Shown here in pieces: positions 24,798-37,404 of a stretch of DNA of 64,000 bases. The notes beneath the pieces were generated by a model that searched no databases, was not told the DNA's origin, and worked only from the letters and a program-made list of their open reading frames with translations. Origin of the DNA: Mobula hypostoma (Eukaryota); NCBI RefSeq assembly GCF_963921235.1, contig NC_086098.1, forward strand, positions 4,712,001-4,776,000, in the 5' to 3' direction. A program made the translations under genes and the position numbers. Each line of letters begins with the position of its first letter. The stretch's first letter is position 1.

Positions 24798-25345
24798 GAG
24801 ACTGAGGAGACTGAGGTCCTTTAACATCTGCCGGACGATGCTGAGGATGTTCTACGAGTCTGTGGTGGCCAGTGCTATCATGTTTGCTGTTGTGTGCTGG
24901 GGCAGCAAGCTGAGGGTAGCAGACACCAACAGAGTCAACAAACTCATCCGTAAGGCCAGTGATGTTGTGGGGATAGAACTGGTGGTGTCTGAAAAGAGGA
25001 TGCTGTCCAAATTGTATGCTATCTTGGACAATGTCTCCCATCCACTACATAATGTACTAGTTGGGCACAGGAGTACATTCAGCCAGAGACTCATTCCACC
25101 GAGATGCAGCACAGAGCGTCATAGGAAGTCATTCCTGCCTGTGGCCATCAAACTTTACAACTCCTCCCATGGAGGGTCAGACACCCTGAGCCAATAGGCT
25201 GGTCCTGGACTTATTTCCTGGCATAATTTACATATTACTATTTAACTATTTCTGGTTTTATTACTATTTAATTATTTATGGTGCAACTGTAACGAAAACC
25301 AATTTCTCCCAGGTTCAATAAAGTATGACTATAACTATGACCATG
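24798..25345 (+). mobile_element. Rex1/Babar LINE 3' fragment
   Basis: MLRMFYESVVASAIMFAVVCWG...HPLH...RKSFLPVAIKLYN. Ends with aataaag and a (tatgac)n-like tail. Confidence 0.85.
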
Positions 25346-26112
25346 ATAAAGCAAAAATTAGTGGGACGTTAGGCCAGTTCATTAGCTATGTTTAAAAGGA
25401 AGTTAGATATGGCCCTTGTGGCTACAGGGGTCAGGGGGTATGGAGGGAAGGCTGGGTTCTGTGTTGGATGATCAGCCATGATCATAATAAATGGCGGTGC
25501 AGGCTCGAAGGGCCGAATGGCCTACTCCTGCACCTATTTTCTATGTTTCTATGTTTCTATGTTAGAGGATTTGAAAGCTTTCAAAAAACCAACAGAAGGC
25601 AACTAAAAATTCCATAAAGAAGGAAAAGATGGAATACAAAGGTATGCAAACCAATAATATTAAAGAGAATGCCAAGAATTTCTTCAGATATATTCAGTGT
25701 AAAGGAGAGCTGAGAGTAGATATCAGACCACTGGAAAACGATGCTGGAGAGTTACTAATGGGGGACGAGGAAATGGCAGACAACCCAAGTAAGTATTTTG
25801 CATCAGTCTTCACTGTGGAAGACACTGGCTTTATGCTGGAAGCTCAACGATGTCAGGGGGCAGGAATGAATAAAGATGCTATTACTAGGGAGAAGGTTCT
25901 TGGGAACCTGAAAGGTCTGAAGATAGATAAGTCACCCAGAACAGATGGTCTAAACCACAGGATTCTGAAAGAGGTGACTGAAGAGACTGTAGAGGCATTC
26001 GTAATGATCTTTCAAGAATCAATTGATGTGATATGGTTCCAGAGGACTGGAAGATTGCAAATATCACTTCGCTTTTCAAGGAGGGAGAGAGACAGAAGAT
26101 AAGAAATTAAAA

Positions 26113-26282
26113 ACCAAACAACAGGAATTCTGCAGATGCTGGAAATTCAAGCAACACACATAAAAGTTGCTGGTGAACGCAGCCGGCCAGGCCACCCCGA
26201 GGGTCTCGGCCTGAAACGTCGACTGCACCTCTTCCTAGAGATGCTGCCTGGCCTGCTGTGTTCACCAGCAACTTTTATGTTT
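26113..26282. repeat. Fold-back Penelope-like terminal repeat insertion
   Basis: Arms acataaaagttgctggtgaac / gttcaccagcaacttttatgt surround a half hammerhead gggtctcggcctGAAACGTCgactg. Flanked by duplicated aaattaaaaa. Confidence 0.65.
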
Positions 26283-28917
26283 AAATTAAAAATCAGTTAA
26301 TCTGACCTCAACGATTGGGAAGATGTTGGAGTCCATTGTTAAGGATGTGGTTTCAGGGTACTTGGAGGCACATCATAAAATAGGCCAAAGTCAGCATGGT
26401 TTCCTTAAGGGAAAATCTTGCCTGACGAATCTGTTGGAACTCTTTAAAGAAATAACAAGCAGGAAAGATGAAAGAGGATTGGTGGATATTTTGTACTTGG
26501 ATTTTCGGAAGGCCTTTGACAGGGTGCAGCAAATGAGGCTGCTTAACAAGTTAAGAGCCTATGGTATTACAGGAATGATTCTAGCATGGATAGAGCATTG
26601 GCTGATTGGCAGGAAGCAAAGAGTTGGAATAAAGAGGCTTTTTTCTATTTGGTTGCTGGTGTCTAATAATGTTCCACAGGGGTCGGTCCTGGAGCCACCT
26701 ACTTTTACATTATATGTCAATGATCCGCATGATGGAATTGAAGGTCAAGTTTGTGGATGATACAAAGACAGGTGGAGGGTCAGGTAGTTTGAGGAAGTAG
26801 AGAGGCTACAGAAGGACAGATAAATTAGGAGAATGGGAGAAGAAGTGACAGAAGGAAAAGTATTGGGAAATGTATGGTCATGCATTTTGGTAGGAGAAAT
26901 TAAAGAGTTGACTATTTCCTAAATGAAGGGAAAATACAATAATACATTGATCGTGTGGATAGTCAGAAGCTTTTTCCCAAGGCTGAAATGGCTAGCACGA
27001 GAGGGCACAGTTTTAAGGTGGTGGGAAGTAGGTACAGAGGAGATGTCGGGATAAGTTTTTTATGCAGAGAGTAGTGAGTGTGTGGAATGGGCTGCCGGCA
27101 GCGGCGGTGGAGGTAGATATGATAGGGTCTTTTAAGAGACACCTGGACAGGTATATGGAGCTCAGAAAAACTGAAGGCTATGGGTAACCCTAGGTAATTT
27201 CTCAGGTAAGGGCATGTTCGGCACAGCTTTGTGGGCCTGTATTGCGCTGTAGGTTTTGTAAAACAGGTGCAAAGGGACTTGGGATTCTTTATGCAGGATT
27301 CCCTAAAAGTTAATTTGCAAGTTGAGTCTGGTGAGAAAGGCAAATGCAATGTTAGCATTCATTTCAAGAGGACGAGTATATAAGAGCAAGGATGTAATGT
27401 TGAGGCTTTATAATGCAATAGTGAGGCCTTCCTTGGAGTATTGTGAGCAGTTTGGGCTCCTTATCTAAGAAAGGATGTATTGACATTGGACAGGGTTCAA
27501 AGGGGGTTTATTAAAATGATTCTGGGATTGAAAGGCATATCATATTAGGAGCTTTTGATGGCTCTGGACCTGTACTCACTGGAATTCCGAAGAATGGAGG
27601 GGGATGGATTTTACTGAAACCTATCGAACATTCAAAGGCCTCGAGAGAGAGTGGATGTGGAGAGGATGTTTCCAATGGTAGGGTAATCTAAGACCAGACA
27701 ACACAGCCTCAGAATAGAAGGGTGTTCATCTGGAACAGAGATGAGGAGGAATTTCTTCAGCCGGAGAGTGGTGAATCATAGAAACACAGAAAACCTACAG
27801 CGCAATACAGGCTCTTCGGCCCACAAGCTGTGCCGAACATGTCCTTACCTTAGAAATTACTAGGCTTACCCATAGCCCTCTATTTTTCTAAGCTCCATGT
27901 ACCTATACAAAAGTCTCTTAAAAGACCCTATCGTATCCGCCTCCACCACCATTGCCAGCAGCCCATTCGACGCACTCACCACTCTGCGTAAAAAAACTTA
28001 CCCCTGACATTTCCTCTGTACCTGCTTCCAAGCACCTTAAAACTTTGCCCTCTTATGTTAGCCCTTTCAGCCCTGGGAAAAAGCCTCTGACTATCCACAC
28101 CATCAATATCTCTCATCATCTGTGGAATTTGTTGCCACCGGTGGCTGTGGAGGCTAAGTCATTGGATATATTTAAAGCAGACATAAATAGGTTCTTGATT
28201 AGAGCATGAACGGATAGGGGAAGAGGGCAGGAGATTAGGGCTGAGAGCGAAATGAATCAGCCATGATGAAAAGATGAAGCAAACTCAATAGGCCAAATGG
28301 CCTTATTTTGCTCTTATATCTCATGGTCTTATTAGAAATACGATCTTCACAACAAAATTCACTCTGGGTTCCTTCTATATTCCAAAAATATACAAGTTAG
28401 GGTTATTAAGTTGTGGGCAAGCTATGTTAATGCCAGAAACATGCTGGCACTTGTGGGCTGCCCCATCGTAAATGATGCATGTTTCAATCTACATGTGACA
28501 AAGAAAGCTTAACTAATCTAAATTGCAAAATTGATTTCACAGACAATTTTAATCAATTATAATTGAAATTGTTCAAGTATAATCTCAGTCTTCAGAGCTG
28601 GAGATGCTGCAATCCACCTTGTTACACAATTACTTTCATGGTAATCGTGATCCTTCAGGTCTCTTATTAATTCATTTCTAGTGTGATGGTACCAATTTTC
28701 CCATGTTATTTGCTCAATAGAATATTATTTGATTACTGTTATATCCACTAGGTTGAAAGCTTTTATAATAAAGCAGTAGGAAATAAATGCATATTCTAAA
28801 AAATGGTTATTTTGATGTTGATAAATACACAGGAGCTGCAACCAAACAGAGGTTAATATAGAATTTAAGTTGTATTTGAGTGTTTGACATCATGCTGACT
28901 TTGTTCAAACGTCTGCA

Positions 28918-29563
28918 TACACACTTAGTGGCCAGTTTGTTAGATACACCGTACACCTGCTTGCTAACCACACAAGTGGCAGCAACTCAATGCATAAACG
29001 CATGCAGGCATGGCCAAGAGGATCAGTTGGCGTTCAGACTAAACATCAGAATGGGGAAGAATTGTGATCTAAGTTACTGTGAAATGATTGTTAGTACTGT
29101 TCGGGCTTTTTTGAGTATCTGAGAAACTTCTGATGTCCTGGGATTGTCACACACAACAGTCTCTGGAGTTTACAGAGAAAAGTGTGGAAAACACAAATAT
29201 CCGGTGAGAGGCAATTCTGTGGGTGGAAATGCCCTGTTAGTGAGAGAGGTCAGAGGAGAATAGCCAGACTGGTTCAAGCTGACAGGAAGGCGACAGTAAC
29301 TCAAATAACCACACATTGCAACAGAGGTGTGCAGAAGAGCATCTCTGAATGCATAACATGTCCAACCTTGAAGTGGATGGACTACAGCAGAAGATCACGA
29401 ATGTGCATTCAGAGGCCAGTTTATTAGGCATAGGAGGTACCCAATAAAGTGGCTACTGAGTATAATACTGGAACTTACAGTGAACTTCGAAGTGGATGGG
29501 CTACAGCAGCAGAACACCTCATCAGGTTCCACATCTGTATCTAATAAAATGGCCACTGAGTGT
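28918..29563 (+). mobile_element. Non-autonomous Tc1-like element just downstream of the FHL stop codon
   Basis: TIRs cacttagtggccagttt / aaaatggccactgagtg-ta, transposase N-terminal remnant MGKNCDLS and an internal collapsed TIR pair at about 29405-29462. Confidence 0.75.
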
Positions 29564-29616
29564 ATGTTTAACATTAGGAATATACCACAATGCCAGGCAC
29601 AATTTTAATTTTCAAT

Positions 29617-29768
29617 CTAAATGTCTCGACCACATGCAGGACAAACGACTTCACCATGCTTTGAGAGAAATCCAGAGCAAACCAAGGAACTGGCACAGTT
29701 CTTGCATTTGGAGCAGTTATTGTGACATTGGCAGTTCTCAAATGAGATGTACTTTGAGGTTCCAAGAC
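29617..29768 (-). CDS. FHL5: FHL5-like last coding exon, 152 bp to TAG (rest of LIM4); this reading frame is not in the ORF track
   Basis: Acceptor tctttgcag|GT. Translated by hand: (G)LGTSKYISFENCQCHNNCSKCKNCASSLVCSGFLSKHGEVVCPACGRDI*. It is in phase with the previous exon and has a typical FHL C-terminus. Confidence 0.9.
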
Positions 29769-29929
29769 CTGCAAAGACAAGAACAGAGGAGGTATTCTCA
29801 TTTTGGCATGTTCATGAGATTGCAAATTTGATTTTTGTTTAATAAACACACACAAAATGCTGGAGGAGCTCAGCAGGACAGGCAGCATCTATGGAGAGGA
29901 ATAAACAGTTGAAGTTTAGACTGGACAAA

Positions 29930-32900
29930 CTGAGGGCTTATAGGTGGAACTGAGAAATAAGAAAGGTATCTCACACACACACAGCATCTGCAAATGTTCT
30001 CTTGTTTGTAATAACAAAGGTATGAGCACATTAATGGGGCTGTATTATAGGCCACCCAACAGTCCATGGGATTTAGAGAAACAAACTTGTAGAGAGATTG
30101 CAGGCAGACTGTTGAAAGAAACATACCGTAGGTTGTTATAGTAGCAAATTTTAATTTTCAACATATTGACTGGGACTCCCATATTGTAAAAGGACTAGAT
30201 GGGATAGAGTTTGTCAAATGTGTTCAGGAAAGCTTCCTTAATCAGCATGAAGAAGTCCGAATGAAAGAGTGTGCAATATGGGATCTGCTATTAGGGAATG
30301 AGACTGGGCAGGAGACAGGAGTTTGTGTGAGGGAACAGTTTGCATCCAGTGACCACAGTGACATTAGTTTCAAAGTAAATCTGGAAAAAGATATGTCTGG
30401 TCTGTGGATTGAGATTGTAAACTAGAGAAAGGCCAATTTTGATGGTATCAGAAAGAATCTGGCAAGTGTGGATTGGGGCAGGCTGTTTTCTGGCAAGGGT
30501 GAAGCTGGTAAGTGGGAGGCCTTTAAAAATGAAATTTTTAGATTACAAAGCTTGTATGTGCCCGTCAGAATAAAAGGCAGGGGTAGCAGTTTTAGGGAAC
30601 CTTGCTTTTCGAGAGATATTGAACTCCTGGTTAAGAAAAAAAAGGAGGTGCATAGTAGGTGCAGGCAGGTAGGAACAAATGAGGTGCTTATGGAGTATAA
30701 AAATGCAAGAGAACACTTAAGAAAGAAATCAGGAGGGCTAACAAAAAGCGTGAGGATGCTGTGGCAGACAAGCTGAAGGGGAACCCTAAGGAATTCTACA
30801 GGTGTGTTCAGAGCAAAAGGATCACAAGAGACATAATCGGTCCTGCAGAAGACCAGAATAGTAGTCGATGCATGGAGCCAAGAGAAATGGCAGAGATCTC
30901 AAATGGACTTCTGCAGGAGGTGGATACAGAGTGTATAGAAGTGAGGCAAAGCAGCAGCAAGGTACACACACACATCTGCAGATTTTCTCTTGTAGGTTAT
31001 GGACCATATACAGATTAGACCATAAGACAAAGGAACAGAAGTCGGCCATTTGGCCCATCGAGTCTGCTCTGCCATTTTATCATGAGCTGATCCATTCTCC
31101 CATTTAGTCCCACTCCCCCGCCTTCTCACCATAACTTTTGATGCCCTGGCTACTCAGATACCTATCAATCTCTGCCTTAAATACACCCAATGACTTGGCC
31201 TCCACTGCTGCCCGTGGCAACAAATTCCATAGATTCACCACCCTCTGGCTAAAAAAATTTCTTTGCATCTCTGTTCTGAATGGGCGCCCTTCAATCCTTA
31301 AAGTCATGCCCTCTCGTACTAGACTCCCCCATCATGGGAAACAACTTTGCCACATCCACTCTGTCCATGCCTTTCAACATTCGAAATGTTTCTATGAGGT
31401 CTCCCCTCATTCTTCTAAACTCCAAGGAATACAGTCCAAGAGCAGACAAATGTTCCTCATATGTTAACCCTCTCATTCCCAGAATCATTCTAGTGAATCA
31501 TTCTGTAGCCGCTCAGATTACAGAGGAAGAGGTCTTTGGTTTCTTGAGGGAGATCCTAGGGTTTGACAAGGTGTTCTCTCAGTCCCCTTGGGAGGCAAGT
31601 GCAGAAACTGCAGGGGCCCTAGCAGAGATACTGTGTTTAACTCATCCATAGCGACAGGTGATGTAGCAGAGGATTGGAGGATAACTAATTTTGTTCTGCT
31701 GTTTAAGGCTGTAAAAATAAACCGGAAAATTATAGGCCAGTAAGCCTGATATCAATAGTGGAAAAGTAATTGAAAGGCATTCTAAGGGACCGGACATATG
31801 AGTAATTGGATAAACAGGGATTGATTCGGGATAGTCAGCATAGCTTTGAGCGTGGTAGGTCATTTCTAACCAATCTTATAGAATTTTTTGAGGATGTTAC
31901 CAGGAAAGATGATGTAGGCAAGACAGTAGATGTTGTCTACATGGACTTTAGCATGGCATTTGACAAGGTCCTGTATGGGAGGTTGGTCAAGAAGGCTCTG
32001 TGGATTGGCATTCAAAGTTAGGTAGTAAATTGGATTAGATATTGGCTTAGTGGGAAAAGCCAGAGAGTGGGAGTAGAGGGTTGTCTCTCTGATTGGAGGC
32101 TTGTGGCTAATGGTGCACTGCAGGGATAGATGTTGGGTTCTTTGTTCTTTGTCATCTCTATCTGGATCTGGATGATAATGTGGTTAACTGGATCGGCAAA
32201 CTTGCAGATGACACCCAAGACTGGGGGTGTAGAGTCTTGCAGAGGGATCTGCATCAGCTGAAATATGGCAGATGGAATTTAATGCAGACAAGTGTGAGGT
32301 GTTGCACTTTAAGAAGAACAACCAGAGTAGGTCTTACACAGTGAGCAGTAGGACATTGTAGAGCAAAAGCATCTGGGAATACAGATCTGTAATTCCTTGA
32401 AAGTGGTGTCACAGGTAGATAGGGTTGTTGAGGAAGCTTTTGGCATATTGACCTTTATAAATCAGAAGTACTGAGTACAGGAGATGGGATGTTATGCTGA
32501 TGTTGAACAAGACATCGGTGAGGCCTAATTGGGAGTATTGTGTGCAGTTTTGGAAAAGATGTAAATAAGTTTGAAAGAGTACAAAGAAAATTTACAAAGA
32601 CGTTGCCAGAACTGGAGGATCTAAGTTATATAAAAAAGACAGAATAGGTGAGAAATGTATTCCCGAGTAAGTAGAAGACAGATGGGATACTTGATAGAGA
32701 TATACAAAATTATGAGGGGGTATAGATAGGATGAATGCAAGGAAGGTTTTTCCACTGAAGTTGGGTGGAACTACAACCAGGGGTCATGGGTTAAGGGTGA
32801 AAGGTAAAATGTTTTAGGGGAACATGAGGGGAAACTTCTTCACTCAGAAGGTGATGAGAGTGTGGAATGAGCTGCCAGCACAAGTGGTGAATGCAGGTTC

Positions 32901-33050
32901 AATTTCAACACTTTAGCGAAGTTTGGATAGGTACATGGAAGGAGTGGTATGGAGGGCGATGGTCCAGGTGCAGGCAGTTTAAATGGATTGGCATGGACTA
33001 GATGGGCTGAAGGACCTGCTTCTGTGCTGTAGTGTTCTTTGATTCTATGA
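29930..33050 (+). mobile_element. Decayed CR1 ORF2 with nested CR1 3' end (minus, about 31016-31500)
   Basis: GLYYRPPNS endonuclease and VVYMDFSMAFDKV RT remnants. The nested copy reads FFSQRVVNLWNLLP on the minus strand. Confidence 0.8.
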
Positions 33051-33254
33051 GTAGTTTTGTGCCCCTTATCTGATAAGGATGTGCTGACATTGGAGAGGAT
33101 CCAGAGGAGTTTCACAAGAGTAATCATGGGAACGAAAGAGTTAATGTGTAAGGAGTGTTTGATGGCTCTGGGTCTGTGCACACTGGAGTTTAAAAAAATG
33201 AGGGGGAACTTATTGATACCTATCAAATATTGAAAGACCGAGATAGAGTGGCAC

Positions 33255-34262
33255 ACCCCAGGGGTGTGTGCTTAGCCCACTGCTCTACTCTCTCTATACC
33301 CATGACTGTGTGGCTAGGCATTGCTCAAATACCATCTATAAATTTGCTGATGTTACAACCATTGTTGGTAGAATCTCAGATGGAGATGAGAGGGCGTACA
33401 GGAGTGAGATATGCCAAGTAGTGGAGTGGTGTCGCAGCAACAACCTGGCACTCAACGTCAGTAAGACGAGAGAGCAGATTGTGGACTTCAGGAAGGGTAA
33501 GACAAAGGAACACATACCAAAACTCATAGAGGGATCAGAAGTGGAGAGAGTGAGCAGCTTCAAGTTCCTGGGTGTCAAGATCTCTGAGGATCTAACCTGG
33601 TCCCAACATATTGATGTAGTTATAAAGAAGGCAAGACAGCAGCTATACTTTATTAGGAGTTTGAAGAGATTTGGCATGTCAACAGATACACTCAAAAACT
33701 TCTATAGTTGTACCATGGAGAGCATTCTGACAGGCTGCATCCCTGTCTGGTATGGAGAGGGTGCTGCACAGGACCAAAAGAAGCTGCAGAAGGTTGTAAA
33801 TCTAGTCAGCTCCATCTTGGGTACTAGCCTACAAAGTACCCAGGACATCTTCAGGGAGCGGTGTCTCAGAAAGGCAGCGTTCATTATTAAGGACCTCCAA
33901 CACCCAGGGCATGCCCTTTTCTCACTGTGACCATCAGGTAGGAGGTGCAGAAGCCTGAAACATACACTCAGTGATTCAGGAACAGCTTCCCCTCTGCTAT
34001 CCGATTCCTAAATGGCCATTGAGGTTTTGGACACTATCTCACTTTTTTTTAATACAGTATACAGTATTTCTGTTTTTGCATATTTTTAAAAATCCATTCG
34101 ATATACATAATTGATTTACTTGTTTATTTATTATGTTTTATTTTATTTATTAATATTAATATTTTTTTCTCTGCTAGCTTATGTATTGTATTGAACTGCT
34201 GCTGCTAAGCTAACAAATTTCACGTCACATGCTAGTGATAATAAACCTGATTCTGATTCTGA
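33255..34262 (+). mobile_element. Rex1/Babar LINE, 5'-truncated, inserted in a CR1 3' end (about 33050-34625)
   Basis: LSPLLYSLYTHDC...KFADVTTIVG...FKFLGVKISEDLTWS. Tail ctgattctgattctga. Confidence 0.88.
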
Positions 34263-34715
34263 TATGGAGAGGATGTTTCCTGTGGTTGTGGGGTGGGGGG
34301 GGGGGGTGCATCTTGAGCCAGAACGGACAACTTCAAAATACAAGATTGTCCTTTCAGAACAGAGATGAAGAGATGAGGAGGAATTTCTTTAGCCAGAGGG
34401 GTGGTGAATCTGTGGAATTCTTTGCCACAGACGGTTGTGCAGACCAATTCATTGGGTATATTTAAAGGTGACGCTGATAGATTCTTGATTAGTCAGGGCA
34501 TCAAAGGTTAAGCGGAAAAGGCAGGAGAATGGGGTTGAGAGGGATAATAAATCAACCATGATGGAATGGCAGAAATGACTCAATGGACTGAATGGTTTAA
34601 TTCTGCCTCTATGTCTTACGGTGTTATTTTAGTACAGTTCTGAGGGACCAACATGTTGTCACATAGCAGTTTTTGCTTAAGTACTCAATATAACAATTTT
34701 GTACATATTTTATAT

Positions 34716-35123
34716 TTGGGTCTTTATTCTTTGGAGTGTAGAAGGTTGAGGGCGGACTTGATAGAGGTGTTTAAAATTATGAGGGGGATAGACAGAGTTG
34801 ACGTGGATAGGCTTTTTCCATTGAGAGTGGGGGAGATTGAAACAAGAGGACATGAGTTGAGAGTTAAAGGGCAAAAGTTTAGGGGTAACATGAGGGGGAA
34901 CTTCTTTACTCAGAGAGTGGTAGCTGTGTGGAACGAGCTTCCAGCAGAAGTGGTTGAGGCAGGTTCGATGTTGTCGTTTAAAGTTAAATTGGACAACTAT
35001 ATGGACAGGAAAGGAAGGGAGGGTTATGGGCTGAGTGCAGGTCGGTGGGACTAGGCACGGACTAGAAGGGCCAAGATGGCCTGTTTCCGTGCTGTAATTG
35101 TTATATGGTTTATATGGTTTATA
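34716..35123 (+). mobile_element. Young CR1 3' end ending about 25 bp from an FHL splice donor
   Basis: LGLYSLECRRLRADLIEVFKIMRG... and a (ttatatgg)n tail. Same subfamily as 63125-63524. Confidence 0.88.
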
Positions 35124-35148
35124 TTCATAGAATCACACTCTTACTCAC

Positions 35149-35335
35149 CAGCAATTGCTTGGGAACAGGCAACGCACTTCTTGGTGTAGAGTTTGGTGAA
35201 ACAATCCAGGCAATAAGGGAAGTCATCCCTTGAGGTGAAGCGGTTCCCCGCCAGCTGCATTTTGCATCCAGTACACAGCAGGCATTTCCTGTGCCATGGG
35301 CGGTCATGGTAACTCACACCTCCAGTCATTATTGG
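35149..35335 (-). CDS. FHL5: FHL5-like internal coding exon, 187 bp (LIM3 and start of LIM4)
   Basis: Acceptor ttcttcag|CCA and donor G|gtgagt. Encodes PIMTGGVSYHDRPWHRKCLLCTGCKMQLAGNRFTSRDDFPYCLDCFTKLYTKKCVACSQAIA(G). Phase 0 in and phase 1 out, consistent with the neighbouring exons. Confidence 0.93.
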
Positions 35336-35361
35336 CTGAAGAACATAGATGAACACAAAAC

Positions 35362-35895
35362 TAAACTCAGTGGCCACTGTATTATGTACAATGTACACCT
35401 ACTCATTAATGCAAATATCCAATCAGTCAATCATATAGCAGCAACTCAATGCACAAAAGCATGCAGACATGGTCAAGAGGGTCAGCTGTTGTTCTGACCA
35501 AACATCAGAATGGGGAAGAAACATGATCTAAGCAACTTTGATGGTGGAATGATTGTTGGTGTCAGATGGGGTGGTTTGAGTATCTCAGAAACTGCTGATC
35601 TCTTGGAATTTTCACACATAACCATCTCTAGAGATCACAGAGAATGGTGTGAAAAACAAAAAATATCCAGTGAACGGCAGATCTGTGGGCAAAAATGCCT
35701 TGTTAATGAGAGAGGTCAGAGGAGAATGGCCAAACATTCAAGCTGACAGGAAGGAACAATAACCCAAATAACCACACATTATAACAGTGGTGTGCAGAAG
35801 AGCATCTCTGAATGCACAACATGTTCAACTTTGAAGTAGATTGGCTACAGCAGCCGAAGACCACACTCCTGTATCTAAAAAAAAAGCGGTGAGTG
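35362..35895 (+). mobile_element. Non-autonomous Tc1-like element (same family as 28918-29563)
   Basis: actcagtggccact TIR and MGKKHDLSNFDGGMIVG...GLSISETADLLEFS transposase HTH remnant. Confidence 0.8.
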
Positions 35896-36335
35896 AGTTT
35901 AGAATGTGTTAATACTTTGTGGGAAGTTTTCATAGCTTGTCCTTTTTATTTTTAAAGACCTGCTCCCATGGCGTGGTGGGATCTGCTCCAGTGACACGGT
36001 GTGTGCATAGCAACAATTGGTAATTCGTTCATCTCTGGGTTGCAGGATTTTTTGTTCAAGCTTAGTCCTGGGTGTAAGTTGGAAAATGATAGCCTCCCCC
36101 AAATGCTATTCTGATGGAATTGTGCATAATCAGAAGTTTGTTTTTGAATCTCATATTAAATGAAGACACCTTTAATGAAACCTAATAAATGCTAATGATC
36201 CCTCTGCAGTTCCCTCCTGTAAATTGTGAACACAAGAGATTCTGCAGACACTGAAAATCTTGAACAACACATACAAAGTTCTAGAGTAACTCAGTACATC
36301 AGCATCAAGCAGTATCTATAGTGGGGAATAAACAG

Positions 36336-36580
36336 TCAGCCATAAGACAGGGTTAGGCCAATCAGCCCATCAAGTCTGTTCCACCAGTCTATGATAGGCG
36401 ATTTATTATCTCTCTGAACACCATTCTCCCACATTCTTGCCTTGACATCCTTACTAATCAAGAACCTATCAATCTTCACTTTCAATATACCCAAAGACTT
36501 GGCCTCTGTGGCTGTCTGTGGCAATGAATTCCACAGATTCACCACCCTCTGGCTAAAGAAAATCCTCCACACCTCTGTTC
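36336..36580 (-). mobile_element. CR1 3' end in the FHL intron between the 170- and 187-bp exons
   Basis: FFSQRVVNLWNSLPQ motif on the minus strand. Confidence 0.8.
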
Positions 36581-36636
36581 AACGACATCCTCAGATTAAA
36601 AAGAAGGTAATGACCACATTTAACAGAACTCTGTAC

Positions 36637-36806
36637 CTTCTTGCAGGACGAGCAGGAGTGTGCAAACTGCTTCTCATAGCAGGATACGCAGTAGCTATTA
36701 TTTTCCTTAGTAATAAAAGTCCTGGTTCCTATTGACTGCCGGCAGCGTTCACAGACAAAGCATGCTTCATGCCAGATGTTTCCCTTGTATTCCACTTTAC
36801 GAGACC
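36637..36806 (-). CDS. FHL5: Four-and-a-half LIM domain protein (FHL5-like), internal coding exon, 170 bp (LIM2 and start of LIM3)
   Basis: Acceptor acag|GG at 36807/36806 and donor AAG|gtacag at 36637/36636. Encodes (G)SRKVEYKGNIWHEACFVCERCRQSIGTRTFITKENNSYCVSCYEKQFAHSCSSCKK with LIM zinc ligands. The 170/187/152 exon sizes match the FHL2/FHL5 gene structure. FVCE-CRQ and FAH motifs favour FHL5 over FHL2/3, but the paralog call is from memory. Confidence 0.93.
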
Positions 36807-37404
36807 CTGTCATTAAAACAGAATTCAGAATGCACCGTGCTTTCAGAATGCGGATGCTGGAATCTGGAGCAACTTACAGAGCGTTGAATTCAGAATTCAA
36901 ATTTGTTTACTGTCATTTCCAGTTCACAAGCATAAAGGAGAACAAAATAATTTTTACTCTGGATAGGATGCAGCACAAAAGAATAACACACAATAAGATA
37001 AAGAACACAATCATAACAAAAACACAATAAATATAAATACGTCAGATAGTTAATTAGATTGATTGCACGTCCATAAAGTGATGCGGGCACAGGAATGTCT
37101 GTACATAAGGTGAATTCAAAGCTCACTCTGATATGCATGGCGTAACATGAATGAATATGTGTGCCACGCATCGACAAGCTGAAAGTTAATGAGGAATACT
37201 GCCCACTTGTGATTCACTGATTCATCACTCCACACATGTAATATCAGGGTGAAGGGAGATAACTAAAAAATTGAGTTTCTGTTAGTAATGAAGAGCAAGA
37301 AGCATACTTCTGATCTCAGGAACTGAAAATTATTTAGTATTTATTTAGAGATACAGTGCAGAATAGGCTCTTACAGCCCAACGAGCCCTACCACCCAGCA
37401 ACTT

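Larger units (their letters stand above)
21020..28332 (+). mobile_element. Old near full-length CR1 (esterase-type ORF1 plus ORF2) hosting many later insertions
   Basis: SIVRGT...ICCLPGARV ORF1 motif, endonuclease remnants at 23886-24790, RT remnants at 25629-26760 and a 3' tail near 28330. Guests include CR1 tails at about 24270-24385, 25372-25560, 26945-27260 and 27777-28119. Confidence 0.75.
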
